Assembly (NCBI GenBank): GCA_010093995.1
Contig: ML992508.1
Span: 840,506-904,505, forward strand
From: Elsinoe ampelina
Taxonomy: Eukaryota
Direction of reading: 5' to 3'
Length of the DNA: 64,000 nucleotides
Below the pieces are notes generated by a model. That model saw nothing but the letters and a program-made list of their open reading frames with translations. It had not been told where the DNA came from and did not search any database. The translations under genes were made by a program, and so were the position numbers. Shown here in pieces: positions 35,225-48,506 of the stretch; within the stretch, counting starts at the first letter, position 1, and each line of letters opens with the position of its first letter.

Positions 35225-37383
35225 TCACCTCTTCTCATCCCTCCCCATCCCCACCCCCTCCCGCTCCCCAGGCGCAGGAGGAGGCGGCTCATACCCCCCT
35301 CTCCTCTGCCCGACCTGCACCGGCGGGAGGACATCAGCGATGGCATCCTCGTAAGTAGGAGGGGCATCGCTGTAGATTTCTCCGTCGACGTCTTGCCTGC
35401 CCCCGACAAGGCCTCCCGTCCCTCCCGTACCGCCTCCCATCCCTCCCCCTGCTCCTGGCCCGGGACCAGGGCCGAGTCCGCTCCCTCCGTACCCTCCGCT
35501 CCCGCCTGGTCCGCCCATTGTCCCCATTCGGCCTATCCCTGCCAGGTTGTTGATGAGTGAGGAAGAGCCGAGAGGGGTCGGAGGGCCGGAGGGGGGGGAG
35601 TAGCCTTGCCATAGCGTTGGGGTGCTGCTTGTGGGGTGTGGTTGGATGAAGCTATACCGTGGTGGACCACTCGATGCTGCCCCTCCTGCTCCTCCTGAGC
35701 TGGAAGTGGGACCGGACCAGTTGCCGGGCCAGGCGCCGGGGATGGAATTCACTGGCGTCCCGGGGATGGGGGAGGTGGAGGCGCTTCCGATACCAGAGCC
35801 AGAGCCGTTGGTCTTCGGACCTGGGTTGAGAGGGCTACTGATGGGGCTGAAGGAGTTGGGTGCACCGGGGCTGGTGTGTTGTGCGTGTAGATTTGGGGAT
35901 GAGGAAGAGGAGGGGGCAGCTGAAGGACGGCGGGCGGGGAGAGGAGGGGCTTTTTGATCGGATGGGAAGGGTAAAGGGGAGACGGGTTTGCGTTTCGCTG
36001 CTGCGAGGACTTCGGGAGGTGGGGCGATGCCGGAGAAGAGGACGAAGGGGAGGCGGAGGTCGAGGTGGGTGTATTGTGGCTGGGCAGGGTCAGCGGATCC
36101 ATAAACAGGAGAACGGAGCAGCAGGGGAAAGGGAAGGGACAGAGGGCTTACGTTGCGTTTCTCGGCTTCGTAGCGGAGAGCGATGCGGACTATGAGCTCG
36201 TAGTCTCTTGCGAGGTTGCAGATTTCGAAAGAGGGAGGAAGGACAGAGGGGACGGGAAGGCCGTACCACATCTCTGGAGGGACGAGGGCTTCGCGCTTCT
36301 CGTTGTCGAATTCTAGGGGGATGTTGAGATTTGATTTGCTGGTGAGAACAGTGCTGGCTTGGTTTCTTCGATGTACCTGGTGTGCGCGGACGTGGGTGTA
36401 GTAGGCGATCTCGATCTGCAGACTTTGAAGGAAGATGGATTCCACTTTGCCACTGAGGGCAGAGCAAAGGATTTTGAGAGGAATGTCTTCGTTCGAGGTC
36501 AGAATCTTCGGTTCCGGAAGTCGGATCTCCACAGATACAAGAGGGGCCTCGTCGGCAGCGGGTGTCGTGATCTTCTCGTCGGACATGGATAGGTTCTTCA
36601 TGGAGAACAGACTACGTTTTCCTTTCAGGCCTGGTTTAGAGTCCGCTTGTGAGGCCAGAGGCGAAGTGAACTGATGTTTTTGCCGCGCATATGCTTCGGC
36701 GCCATGGCTGGGGGCTCGAGGCTCCTCGATTGGAGAGAAGTTGAAGGGGAAGTACGCGCGCACATTTTCCTTGAGGATATTTGGGCGAACGACTGTCGCC
36801 TTGAGAAAGTATCTGATCTCTGCCTCGCCGGGGAAGCCGCGCAGTGTGGGTGGCAAAGGTCGACGAAGGTGTCCTGGAGGTGGCCGTGCTATCTCAACGC
36901 TCATCCCGGCCACACTGATGGCAGGAGCAGCATTCTTATCGAGCGCACATGCGGCGTTGAATGGGATCTATATATATATCAGCACAGCAAAGATCTAGAC
37001 GACTGATTTACCCACCTTGAAGGAGAAAGGGTACTCATGTGTGCCAGGCGGTAAAGTGAAAGAGGCTCTTTCTACCGCGCTTCGTCGGAGTTCAGGTGGA
37101 GGGAAGAGTGTGATGGCCTTGTACAAGATCTGGAAAACATCAACCCTGACATCCTATCGGCTGACAGTCCAGCGCAGACCTTGTGGAATTCTATAGCAGG
37201 TTTCGGCCTCTCATTCGCAGGCGTGGGCGGCGGCAACAGTCTCGTACTACTCTCTCCCTCCAACTTGATTGTGACAACACTGACGGAAAGACTCTTTGAC
37301 GTCCTCACATAGACCTTGCCGCTGACGATATCGAGATTCGTAAAGGTCGAATAATTCTGGTCGAGGGCAATAGACGCACTCAT
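35225..37383 (-). CDS. Alpha-arrestin (arrestin N domain, PPxY motifs), three introns
   Basis: MSASIALD...FTNLDIVSGKV..IKLEGES..HK|ILYK..LPPGTHEYPFSFK|IPF..LPPTL..EIRYFLKATV.RP; PPRY and PPTY in a low-complexity tail. Confidence 0.88.
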
Positions 37384-37843
37384 CGCCGCATCGTCGATGG
37401 GCGGCTGTCGAGAGAAAACGGGTATACCAGACGTCGATATCGCCTCTGATGCAGTTGTGGTTGTTTGTGGGTGGTCCAGTGAGAATGTCAAGCTGAATTA
37501 TGATGTAAGACGACCCGCAAACTGCCGCCTACTTCTTGGGCGAATTGTTTGGTGAGAAATAGGATTGTTTTAGGAGGCTTGTCGAGTGCTTGTCGCTGCA
37601 TCCATCGCTTTCCGTCTCGTACCGTGGCGCAGCAGCTAGGGATACGCGTTCCTTTGGTATCAGTCCACGCTCACTTGTTAGACAGCTTCAACCGAGGATA
37701 TGGACAGGACATTTCAAGCACATGAGAACTGCGCGATTAAGTGCGCGACAATCGTCAATTATATGCGGAGCAAGAAAAGGTAGTGTATACATTAAAGAAT
37801 TCGTAGGATCATTAGAAAAATCCACCACGCCAGTCCCATGCCC

Positions 37844-40001
37844 TTAGTCCGCTTTGATAGCCCCATATATCCGCCTGACAAATGCATATGCAGTGAGAAA
37901 CCCAATGGTGCCCGTCAAGAGCCCGTAGACGGTACATGCCATGAACGAATAAGCAAAGAAGAGAAGGGACGACACAAAGCCCTGAATGTGCAGGTTGTTA
38001 AAGTAGTAGTAGGCCGAGTAGGCGAAGATCCAGAACGCGGAGCTGCCCCCGACGAAGAAGGATTGCCACCACCAGTGGTAGTTCTCGGCGCACAGCTGAA
38101 GGTAGACAGAGACGATGGTCACCTCCATGATGACTGCGACGAGGACAGCGCCAATGACAGCAAGGTAACCAAAGACGTAATAGTAACCGCTTTTGTCTTG
38201 CCAAATGCTTTCGAAGACAAACATTAATTCGATGAAGATGACGGCGAAAGGGATTATGCCGCCGAGTAAGGCGCTGGAAGTGCTTCGGGTGTAGACAGTC
38301 TGGTGAGGGATCTGTCTTGGGATCGTGCTGGCTTTGATCGGATGAGTGTAAGCCCCGACCTTGAGAAACCCGAACCACGAGCCAGCATACACGAGCGGGA
38401 GTTGAACAAGAAGCCAGAGAGCCACTATGCCGAGGAGTGTGCCCAAAGGAAGAGCTGTACTCGAAGCTTGAGCCCAGACAAACAGGTTGAGGATGAAGAC
38501 TGTGGCGAACATGAGACCGGGGAACAAGGTCGCAGTGACGATGCTGTTCTTCCTCCAGTTGGTCCCACCGAATGTCTTGTACACGCGGGCGGAGAAGTAA
38601 CCAGAAAAGAGGCCAGCGACAACGAAGAGAGCCGAGCCAACACTTACATAGCCACCACGGAAGCTAGGATTGAGGACTCCGAAGCACGAGAGGGCGATGA
38701 GACCCAGTGTCATGAAGACCAGCTGCATGCCAGAGCCGACTAGAGGAGCGAGAATGTTGCCGTAGGATGGTGTCCTGAAGACATCGGCGTGAACCAGCTT
38801 CCAGCCGGTGACATCTTCGACAATCTCATCGTCGGAAGCAGACTCGGCTTCAGCTTCGATGTCAGGCCTCTCAAGCAACCCTCCCTTGTCCAAGCTCTTA
38901 CGAGGTGACCTCGTGCCTCTCATCTTCAATCCAAGCTTGCCATCTTCAAGACCGCCATCTCTATAACCCTTGATGTCGCCTCGAATAGTGCGAGCGAGAA
39001 TGACTGCCACGACAGCGGTCAAGAAGCCAGAGATGACCAGTGAGTTGACAATGGCGAGCCAGTGTGTCTTTGAATTGTCGTCCTGGTTCACAAAGTACAG
39101 ATCCCATCTGTTCGCCCATTCAATCTTGTCATCCTCGCGGAAGTAGACAGAGTAGGTGTACGGAATTCGCATCACATCTGCTGTTGCTGCTTCGTTGTCC
39201 TCGGTAGTCGTGTTGGGCTTGCCCATGACCAACTCGAGTCCATTGCGCACATCGTGAATGTCCTCTGGCAGTCCGTCATCTGTTCGGCCCTCGGCTGATA
39301 CGCTCTTCGCGTAGACCTCGAAGCCGACGATAACTTTCTTTCCACGGTCACCGTCCCTTCCCGGGGCTCTGTGATAGCGAATAACCAGCGTGACGTGGTT
39401 GTTCAGGAAGTAGCGAGGCTGCCCAGTGGTAGGAGAAACGTCCGCATAGCCCATCTTGAAACCTGACGCATAATACTTGCGCGACTTGTCCACAGTCACA
39501 AAGCTGGTAGCGCCAGGCAAGTTGTCCACGATCCACTCTGCCACATACCCGTCCCTGATGATCTCTTGCGCCTTCTGCAGGCCGGCCTCGTCTATTGTCT
39601 GGCTGCACAGGTAGTGTATCTCATTGTCCCTTCCCATCTCAAGGTCGTAGTCGGACACGACTATCCTGTCTCCTCGGAGGACTTCTCCCAAGTTGAGCGC
39701 GACATTCGATCCACTGACAAATCCAGGCGCGCGAACTCTACCGGATGGGGGACACACGAAGGGAAGCTCGGAATAGGCATATTGTAACTGGGTGAAGTCG
39801 GAGTAGACCTTGTTGACGAAGAGGGGGATCTTCTCGCCCTCGGCGTAGCTCTTGATTGACCAGCCTGTGAAATAGTCAGTAACCGAGTTCGGTCGGCTGG
39901 GAAGCTTTGTGGATCTTACCTGGTACATAAAAAGCATTCGCAGCGGTCAGCAAAGACGAGGCTGCCAGGAGATAGCTCCAGATCCGAGAGTCTGCGGCCA
40001 T
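37844..40001 (-). CDS. TM9SF / Emp70 (Tmn3-like) nonaspanin membrane protein, one 5' intron
   Basis: Signal peptide ending AFYVPG|WSIKSY; NLGEVLRGDRI, WIVDNLPGAT, GWKLVHADVFR, ENYHWWWQSF, IYGAIKAD*. Confidence 0.95.
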
Positions 40002-40544
40002 GTGCGCGAGAAGAGACAAGAAACGAAAGCGTGAAGGTCGAACGCAGCCAGACAAGACGTTGGTCCAGCCACGCGAAGCTCAGTCGACAATGTGAGGTGG
40101 AGATTAGAAGCCGGTATTCGCGGATAAATTATGTGAAGAAGCAATCTGACAGGCGGATGCTTGCGGGAGATTGGTTGGGACTCGGCTCTCGTGTTCGTGG
40201 AGCTAGATGAATGCCGGTCCTGCAGGCGGGGAAGAAGCAGCTAAACGAGCGGAATTGACATGCGAGTGTCAGAGAATGAGAAGCAAGAGAGGCTGTCGAG
40301 GTGCGCGGCGCCAGCTGCTCCGTGATGGTGTTTGGTGAGGAGCGCAACGTTGAACGACGGTGGTCGGTCACGGTGGTGGAGCGATAAGGAAAAGTGTCGG
40401 ATATTGGGACACCAAAATGCGCCCAAGCGCGGAGCACCCACGAACTGACCCTGGCCTGCCACTTTCAGGAACCCAAAGGTTAATTAAATAAAAGCTTGTC
40501 TCTATCTCATCTGTCGTTCGTCTATTCAGCAATGGCGTCCATCA

Positions 40545-42343
40545 TCATTCGTATATATTGATCGAGCACGGCGGTGGAAACTTCTCCCTGCCCTCTGCGT
40601 CTTTTCTCACAAACACACAACAGCCTTCTGCAGGACAGGTGAACTCGCCATACCCCTGTCTGTCGATCTTTACCTCTTGCGGGCTGTTGCAGAGCAAGTC
40701 TGTCCACACTGATCCCGCCTTTTCCTGTCCTCCCACCGGGAGACGCGCGGTGGTCCCCTCACCTATTGTCATGATCATCACACATCCATCTGGTTTGTCG
40801 CGCGTACCCTGTCTGATGAGTGCGAGTGTTCGCGAGTTCGGGAAGGTGAGATGCTCCTTGCCATAAGCATAGAGCTTTCGGGCCATGATCAGCGAAGGCA
40901 GCTTGCCTCTGCAAGAAGGTCCTCGAGGTGCCGGACCCCCAATGCCGTAGAGGTCGCCGTAGAAAACGCAGGGAGTACCTCTAGCCGTCAACAGGATCAA
41001 GGCGTACGCATGAGTTGTGAAGAGGGGCTCAATGGGAGTGTCCATTGCTTGCCCTGGCTGGGTGTCGTGGTTCGCGACCACAGTCTGGCCATGATTAGTA
41101 TCATACTGTATGGACGCGCTGAATCTTCTCACCACTGCATTGTTTGGGCGGTACTGCGTTAGAGTTCCTTCAAAGATGAGTCGCATGTCGAATGGCGGTC
41201 TGATAGGTCGGCGAAATCGAGACCATCGACTTTGTGGTGGCAGCCTCTTCAGCTGTCCAAAGTTGTTCAACAGCGGAACATCGAATAGCATGGCTTGCTG
41301 TTTCATGAAGTCTACCCAAGCGATCAGCTTGCGGCAATCGGGTTGCCAGAACTCGCCAATGACATCGATGTCCTTGCCACGCTGTCTGCCAGCTGCCTGC
41401 ACACGCTCTATCCACTGAATAGTGAATGCTTGACTGTAATGCTGCACGGCGTCAAGACGAAAGCCATCGATGCCGTCTCCAACATCCTGGACCATCCATT
41501 GACCCCACCTGAGGACATCCTCTCTGACTTCGAGATTGGTGTAATCAATATTGGAGAACATGAGGTAGTCACCATTGCCATTTTCGTCGTCGACATCGAG
41601 TGCCCAATCTTTCGAGCGGCGTGATTGACTGAGCCGCATCTTGTCGTCTGGCGATGGCGGGTTGATGATCTTGAATATGCCATGCTGTTGGCCTCTTTGA
41701 TCCCAATCAGTGCCGTTGAAGTGCTGCCAATGCCACTTCAAAGAACTATATGTATCGCCTCGACCAGGGAAATTGTAGTGGATCCAAGGCTCAATCTCTC
41801 TCGGCTTCGTGGTCTCTATCCGTCGGTCTGAACATATGGAGATAGGTCAGCTTACCTGGTAACTACTTACCATGATCCTCCAGTGCTTGGGAAGAAGACT
41901 GGATGTAGTGACAGAAGAGGAGAGGACAAGAGCATACCCGTCGGGTCAACCTCTACGGCCCAGCAAGGTTCAGTCGCATCGCCTGCTGTCTTGTGGTTGA
42001 GCACAGCATCCCAAATGACTGTGACATTTAGGGCATGAGCAGAGGAGATGAGCCTCAGAAGCTCTTCCTTTGAGCCCCATTTGGTCGGCCGCGTCCATTT
42101 TTGATCAAACTCTCCAAGGTCCCACAGGTCGTAGCAATCATATCCATTGCCCTGAGGACTATTCGCTTTGCAACCAGGAGGCAGCCAGATGGAGGTTATG
42201 CCAAGATCGGTCAGTTGGGGCAGATATTTTGCGAGTCTTGTCCAATGAGGTCCAGGAGTATGCCACTCAAAAGCTTGGAAGAGCGTCTTGTTTACCGGTG
42301 TTGGAGAGTGCATGTGTCGAGCTTGGTCAGCAACGTCTGTCAT
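40545..42343 (-). CDS. Intracellular alpha-amylase, GH13_5 (bacterial liquefying-type / fungal Amy1-AmyD group), about two introns
   Basis: FQAFEWH, NGYD.YDLWDLGEFDQK, DAVLNHK, DGFRLDAVQH, GEFW, VANHDTQ; no signal peptide; start could also be 42313. Confidence 0.9.
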
Positions 42344-43580
42344 GGTTCCTGCCAAACTGTCAATAATGTCAATAATGTCAAAAAAGACAAATTGCCGAGC
42401 CGGCCAATGAATCTACGGGCATCCGTCGGAGGTTCGGTATCAGCCTGCGCCAAGGACGGTGTTGGCGGAATGAGTCGAGGTCGTTATCGAACAAAAGCCA
42501 TGTCTTGATGCCAAGGTCATCTACCACTTGTCAAATGTGACTGAGTTTGTGAGATGTTGAGATACGAGGCACCAGCGCTCGGCACCGTAAATGAGGAGCA
42601 CCGTATCGTTGAGGTTGATGTCGTCGATAGGCGTCCCCAGGTCCGTAGAGCTGCAGTGAGAAATGCCAGCGAGCTCCACAAATGCGCCGGACAAGGCAAG
42701 GCTGAGCAGCTGGGTTAGGGCTTGTTCCCGTTTGATGAGCAGTGATTCGACGGCATTGTTTGCATGTCCCCTACATGTTTTTCTGCCCTCCAAGCTTGTG
42801 TAGGACTTTCAGTGATGGAGACGCGCTCAATGCTATCATCGGACGTCAAATAACGTCTCTGGAAGTGCGGGTAATGCGAGCAGATGATTGACAACGAGTA
42901 TCCCCTGTAGAAATTAGATTGTCTTGCTCTTGGATGTGTGGTCGAGGTGGAATGCGTCACCTTGGCGATGACGATTCCTTTTCTGCGCATCGGAGACGTT
43001 CATACCAAAAACAACCTTAATCTTCTGCTGCTTGCTTACACGCTTGCTGGGCTGCGGCTGTGTTTCTTTTCCGGATGATGATCTTTACGATCGGACGAGA
43101 TCCGCTGACCCGTTCGACTCGTCAGACCAATCATGCGGGTCGAATTACATTCTTCTGGTCCAGCCCTGATCACTTTCCCGCATCAAGACATGCTTCGAGA
43201 CATGCAGCAACCCACCCACGTCCACAGACATTCGGAACCGTGGGTGTCTCGATGCACTCGCGCATCATGCTCATATGCTCGACCCCAGCTGTTGTCTCCA
43301 TGATGAAACCGTAATTCTGAGCCAAGCCACTCATACACTGGACTGCCCTGGCCCGCCCAGCAACGTGTCTACGTAAACCTGGCCGTTTGGCATGATGTCA
43401 ATTGCCATGTCCGTGGTGTGAACAGCAACCAAGGCAAGTGCGTCCAGTCCTGAGGACTTCATAAACTGGACCATTCCACATCGTCTGTTGCCACCCCTTC
43501 TTCACTCCATACATACTATACCCCATTCCACGAACTGCATTACGACTGTCCCACATCAACATTGTTGCTCCATCGTCACA

Positions 43581-44403
43581 ATGGCCGTTGACAAGCGTAC
43601 ACTGTTGTTCGCTCTCGCACTAGGTGAGTACGCCATTCTTCCTTTACGGGCAACACTTACACTCGTCCAGCTGCTACAACATACGCTCAGCGTGGCTCTG
43701 GAAGTTCAGAGGACGCCGAAGATGCCGCAGAAGCACAGCGGGAAAGACAGGAGGCTGCCCGCGATCGCGCTCGGTTTCAGAGCAACATGCTGCTCGCCCA
43801 CGGTGTCATGATGTCGCTAGCATTCGCCTTCATGATGCCGTTCGGCTCGACCCTTATTCGCCTCTTCAAGTTTCGCGGCACCGCCTGGATCCACGGCACG
43901 TGGCAGATTGTCGCTTATCTGGTCGCATTGGGTGGTTTCGGTATCGGTGTCTGGTACGCCTACATTGATGGCTATGTGAGTGACATCCTAGCTCCAGCAA
44001 CTGAATCATGTCCTAATAACCTTAACAGCTCCAGGAGCCACATCCCATCATCGGCATTGTTGTAGTTGGTTTCTTGTTCCTCCAACCCCTCGGTGGCCTC
44101 ATTGCTCATCTCTGGTACAAGCGTAAGCAAAGCCGTAACTTCATGGGTGCTGTCCATCGCTGGAACGGACGCATCTTTGTCACCCTCGGAGGTATCAACG
44201 GTGGTCTCGGCATTCAGCTTACTGGGAGCGATCGCATCTGGGTCATTGCCTACTCTGTTGTCGCCGCATTCTTCTTCGCTCTTTGGTACGGCGTCACGCT
44301 TCTTGATTGGGTTCGCAACAGGCGCCACAGTGGCAAGGTCGTCCGCACGCCTGCTGAGGAGAAGTCTCTTAGCAGGGATGCTCGAGCTAGCGAATCGAAT
44401 TAG
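43581..44403 (+). CDS. Cytochrome b561-domain membrane protein (exons ~43581-43623, 43671-43975, 44029-44403)
   Basis: Four heme-ligand His motifs AHGVMM, WIHG.WQ, HPIIG, HRWNGR in transmembrane helices; canonical introns. Confidence 0.85.
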
Positions 44404-44835
44404 GTCTCTGGCGGGAGGGCATAGTGTTCGTAATATCGTTCTCCAAGGGTTAGACCGGATAGGCATGAATGAATATGAATTATTTATCAAGCGGTCTTCA
44501 CCTGTCGAAGTGACCGGTCTTGTGGCCACTGCATCCCCACCCATTTCCTGTCTAATGTCTTCTTCTGGCCGAGTCCTCAACTTACATGTTCTGTGCGCAA
44601 TAGCATTTGCGTTGAGCTAGTATCCGATTATGATGCTTGGACAGAATACCTTCGCGACACCAGTGTCTTGACGACAATTGTCAAGCCGTTCAATCTTCGG
44701 CCGCTTTTGTGGCAACACGACAACATCCATCGACAAAACCTCACTCTACAAGGATTGACAAATTTGACTGCAATCTGCATCCATTGCGTCCTCAATCATA
44801 TCGGACAAAATAAAATACATTCCTCTCGCCGTTGA

Positions 44836-46230
44836 ATGGTCCGAGGCAGACTCTGCCTCCATGCGGGCAGGACATGGCCGGAACGCCTTCAACCACGCGC
44901 ACCCTCCAATGCCATCAGATTGTTATCAACCTCGAGCGATCCACGGATCAAAGACCTTGGGAAACTCATAGAGGACGATTATGCTCTAATCAGAACTACA
45001 TATGGTGTGATCCACCACGATTGACGCTGGATTTCGGACTGACGATTCCAGACAAACCAAAACATCCCATTGTCCTGGCCCATGGTCTGCTCGGCTTTGA
45101 TGAGTTGCACATTGCCGGGTCAAAGCTGCCAGGTGTTCAATACTGGCGTGGCATCACCGAAGCACTTGGAGCAAGGGGTGTAGAATGCATCACAGCCACA
45201 GTGCCACCATCAGGCTCGATAGAAGCCAGGGCGGAAAAGCTGGCTGAATGTATTGAGCGAAAAGCACCTGGGAAGAACGTTAATATCGTAGCGTAAGTCC
45301 ATTAGCACCTCTGCTCGAATGATGACTGATGGTGGACAGACATAGCATGGTTCGTAAAGTACCGTTTGACTCACTAGGTCAGGCTAACACCTCTAGGGGT
45401 GAGTTGCCACGATGCACCCCTGGTACACGACTGACATCTTCAGTGGACTAGACTCGAGATACATGATTAGCAGGCTCAAGCCGCTCAATCTTAAGATCCT
45501 GTCTTTGACTACCATAGCTTCGCCCCATCGAGGTAGGACAATCTGAAATCACTCGAGTCTCGCCACTCACCAATAATAGGCTCAGCTTTTGCGGACTTTG
45601 TGTTCCAGCAGATTGGACGTATCCAGATCCCTCCTTGTTTTGGTGAATTATTACTGACATGACCAAGCCCTCAACATCCCCAAGATCTACAAGGCTCTCG
45701 AGTTCTTCGGTCTCGAGACCGGCGCTTTCAGTCAGCTGACTCGGACATACATGACCGAGACGTTCAATCCTGCCACACTAGATGACCCTGATGTACAGTG
45801 AGTAGCACCTACCTGTTGAAGAGCTCACGCTGATAACCAAGGTACTACTCCTATGGTGCCGCCTTCGACCCGGACTTATTCTCCGTCTTTCGAGCATCCC
45901 ATCGCATCATCAATCCTGTCGAGGGACCAAACGATGGGATGGTCAGCGTCGCCAGTAGTCAGTGGGGCACATACAAGGGAACCTTGCAAGGCGTAAGCCA
46001 CTTAGACTTGATCAATTGGACGAATCGACTACGGTGGTTCTTATGGGAGCTTGGAGGAAAGAAACGAAAGTAGGCGATAAGCTGGAGACCTCGACCTCGT
46101 GAATGATGCTGACGTGTCTAGCTTCAACGCTGTGGCGTTGTATCTGGATATCGCAGGTTAGTGGTACCCATGACTCGACCTTCTCGGTACTGACTTTGAA
46201 CAAGATATGCTGGCGAAGGAGGGACTCTGA
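44836..46230 (+). CDS. Triacylglycerol lipase, Tgl2-like, ten exons including 10-nt and 2-nt micro-exons
   Basis: PIVLAHGLLGFD, YWRGI..AL, spliced AHSMGGLDSRY, TTIASPHRGS, NDGMVSV.SS.WG, SHLDLINW, LAKEGL*. Confidence 0.9.
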
Positions 46231-46730
46231 TGTGCAAAGCTTTTCCCGAGTCGATGTGACAAGCGAATTGCTGCCCTCAACCTGGTTGCCACCCGATCAT
46301 CACCCAGGTCCCGAAGATCATGACAGTGCTATTGAGGGTGATCTCGAGGGCAACCTGGCCAATGGCAGAATAGAGGGAATATATACAACCATGATGTCAG
46401 TGCTGTGCATAATGGACGGGCGGGAAATGAGGTCTGCGCTGGCAATTGAGGCATGTGATAGCTCGACCAAAACCTTCCCACAACCTCATCTCACGCAAAC
46501 CTTTCCAAAAAACCCTCACAACTATCACCAGCGCAATCACAGATACCACGCGATCAATCAATCACATACATACAATCACGCACGTCGTAGAAGCAATCAG
46601 TCATACCATCCGTAAGTACCTTTTATCATTTCTCACGCCTTTGCCGCCGCCGCTGGACCTCGCCGCTGGAATTCACATACCACACCACTCACATCGGACT
46701 CACCTGAACTCACCTGGACACTCGGACGAC

Positions 46731-47417
46731 ATGGCTACCTCTCCAGACGCCCCTCGTATCGACCTCCCCCTCCGCTCCTCCTCCTTCGGCTCCTGGTACC
46801 GCATCCCGGACACCATCCCGTCCGCCGCTCCTTCCACCCCTCCCGCCACCTCACCACCATCCAACCCGCCCCCCTCCCCCGCCCTCACCTTCCGCACCTC
46901 CTCCTGGCGCACCGCCTCGGGCTCCTCCGCCGTCTCCTCGGTCAGTCTCGACCTGGCCACTCTCCGCCCCTACCGGGCGACCAACTATCCTCCGTTCGCC
47001 GGGGACGAGGAGTTGGGCGGAGAGGGGCACAGAGGCGGGGAGGAGCCGCCGCCTTATTTCGAGGGGTTCGACGGGGGGCCATACGTGAGTGAGGAGGAGG
47101 TGAGCGCGCCGGCGCCAGTGCGGGAGCAGAGAGAGGGGAGGAAGCCGGAGGAGGGCTTGGGCGAGGTGCTGGCGAGGCCGTGGACGAGTATGTCCACTGT
47201 TGCGTTGGGGGAGACGGGGAGGTGGGAGCGGAGGATGAGGGTGAGGGCGGAGGTGGAGGAGGAGTTTAGGAGGAAGCAGTGGGGGTTAAGGGGGAAGGAG
47301 GAGGGGAGGGAGGAGAGGCAGGAGGTGGCGAGGGAGAGGGGGAGTGGTGGGGGGAGAGCGTGGTGGGATGGGAGGGGGAGTGGGTTGGGGGAGCTGGTGG
47401 AAGAGGGGGAGAGGTGA
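46731..47417 (+). CDS. Hypothetical low-complexity protein (228 aa)
   Basis: ATG 46731 in a long open frame; P/S-rich then E/G/R-rich; contains PPPY; no family recognised. The open frame may partly reflect base composition. Confidence 0.5.
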   Translation: MATSPDAPRIDLPLRSSSFGSWYRIPDTIPSAAPSTPPATSPPSNPPPSPALTFRTSSWRTASGSSAVSSVSLDLATLRPYRATNYPPFAGDEELGGEGHRGGEEPPPYFEGFDGGPYVSEEEVSAPAPVREQREGRKPEEGLGEVLARPWTSMSTVALGETGRWERRMRVRAEVEEEFRRKQWGLRGKEEGREERQEVARERGSGGGRAWWDGRGSGLGELVEEGER

Positions 47418-47777
47418 GTGGTGGGCGGAGGGCGAGAGGAGGTGTACGATACCGCTGGGGCGAGCAAGATTCTACCAGATGGCAAGGGGTCTGGTAGTAA
47501 TTGCCGCGAAGAAACTACCACGCGGGCAGCCTTTTTTTCGACGAAATTTGTATACTACCAGGTCATGGGGCAGGCGCGACTTCTGTTTAGCGAACACCGG
47601 CAGGTGCGACTTGAGCACCACTATCAACACTTTTCAGCGGACGAATCTTCGACTTTGAGTCTCTTTCTTCTCAACATTGCATCCGACCATAGTCACTCGT
47701 TTGACTCCGCTTCCTGCAGCATCATCAGACTGAATACCTCCTCCATCGAATACCATCCAGACATCATCACCAGCAAA

Positions 47778-48506
47778 ATGCGTGGATCAATCCTCTTCAG
47801 CTTGGCTGTTTTCGCCGGCTTCGCTGCAACCCAGAACGCTACCATTACCAGAGTCGAGACTACATACACCACGACCACTATCTGCCCAGTCACCACCACC
47901 AGCATCAATGGAGGATCTACCACCGTCGTCACCACTCTTACCACCAGCACTCTCACGGTCACCTCCTGCCAGTCCGGCTGCGATATCGACACCAGCGGTC
48001 CAGAAGCGACAGCCACGGCCAGCAACCCCATCCTCTATCTTCCAGTCCCCATCCCTCGCACCGAGACGTCCATCATCACAGACACCGAGACTCGCACCAT
48101 CACCAACTTTGTCCCCTCCTCCACCTTCGTCACCACCATTGGTCAGAACACCTTTTTCTCCACTTGGGTCAACATCGTCTACAATACCGTCACCGAGATT
48201 GTCACTCGCACAGCGTACGAGACCTTCTTCCCAACACCGACTGTCGTCCCGACGAGCTCCTGCCCTCAAGATGTTGTCTGCGAGACTATCACAGCTTCAG
48301 GTGTCCCTCCAGTTCCTACAGTCACGATCACGGGCAGTTACGAACCAGCGACCAATACTCCCATCCCACCCAACGCCGCTCCGAGCTATCCCATTTCCAG
48401 CTTTCCAACTCCGAACATTTCCACTGGTGGCTTCCCCACCAATCCAGGTCCTATTCCGACAGGTGCTTTTCCTTCTGGCGTTCGACCTCGAGCTTTCTAC
48501 CTGTGA
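47778..48506 (+). CDS. Secreted Thr/Pro-rich (mucin/cell-wall-like) protein
   Basis: MRGSILFSLAVFAGFAATQ signal; YTTTTICPV and TVTSC..GC fungal cell-wall-protein motifs. Confidence 0.8.
   Translation: MRGSILFSLAVFAGFAATQNATITRVETTYTTTTICPVTTTSINGGSTTVVTTLTTSTLTVTSCQSGCDIDTSGPEATATASNPILYLPVPIPRTETSIITDTETRTITNFVPSSTFVTTIGQNTFFSTWVNIVYNTVTEIVTRTAYETFFPTPTVVPTSSCPQDVVCETITASGVPPVPTVTITGSYEPATNTPIPPNAAPSYPISSFPTPNISTGGFPTNPGPIPTGAFPSGVRPRAFYL

Noticed and set aside
40545..42343. Bacterial-like amylase as a recent horizontal transfer
   Set aside because: Intron-containing; GH13_5 intracellular amylases are an established, widespread fungal group.
47418..47777. N-terminal extension of the 362-aa ORF
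   Set aside because: GTG start; ATG 47778 directly precedes a signal peptide in good context.
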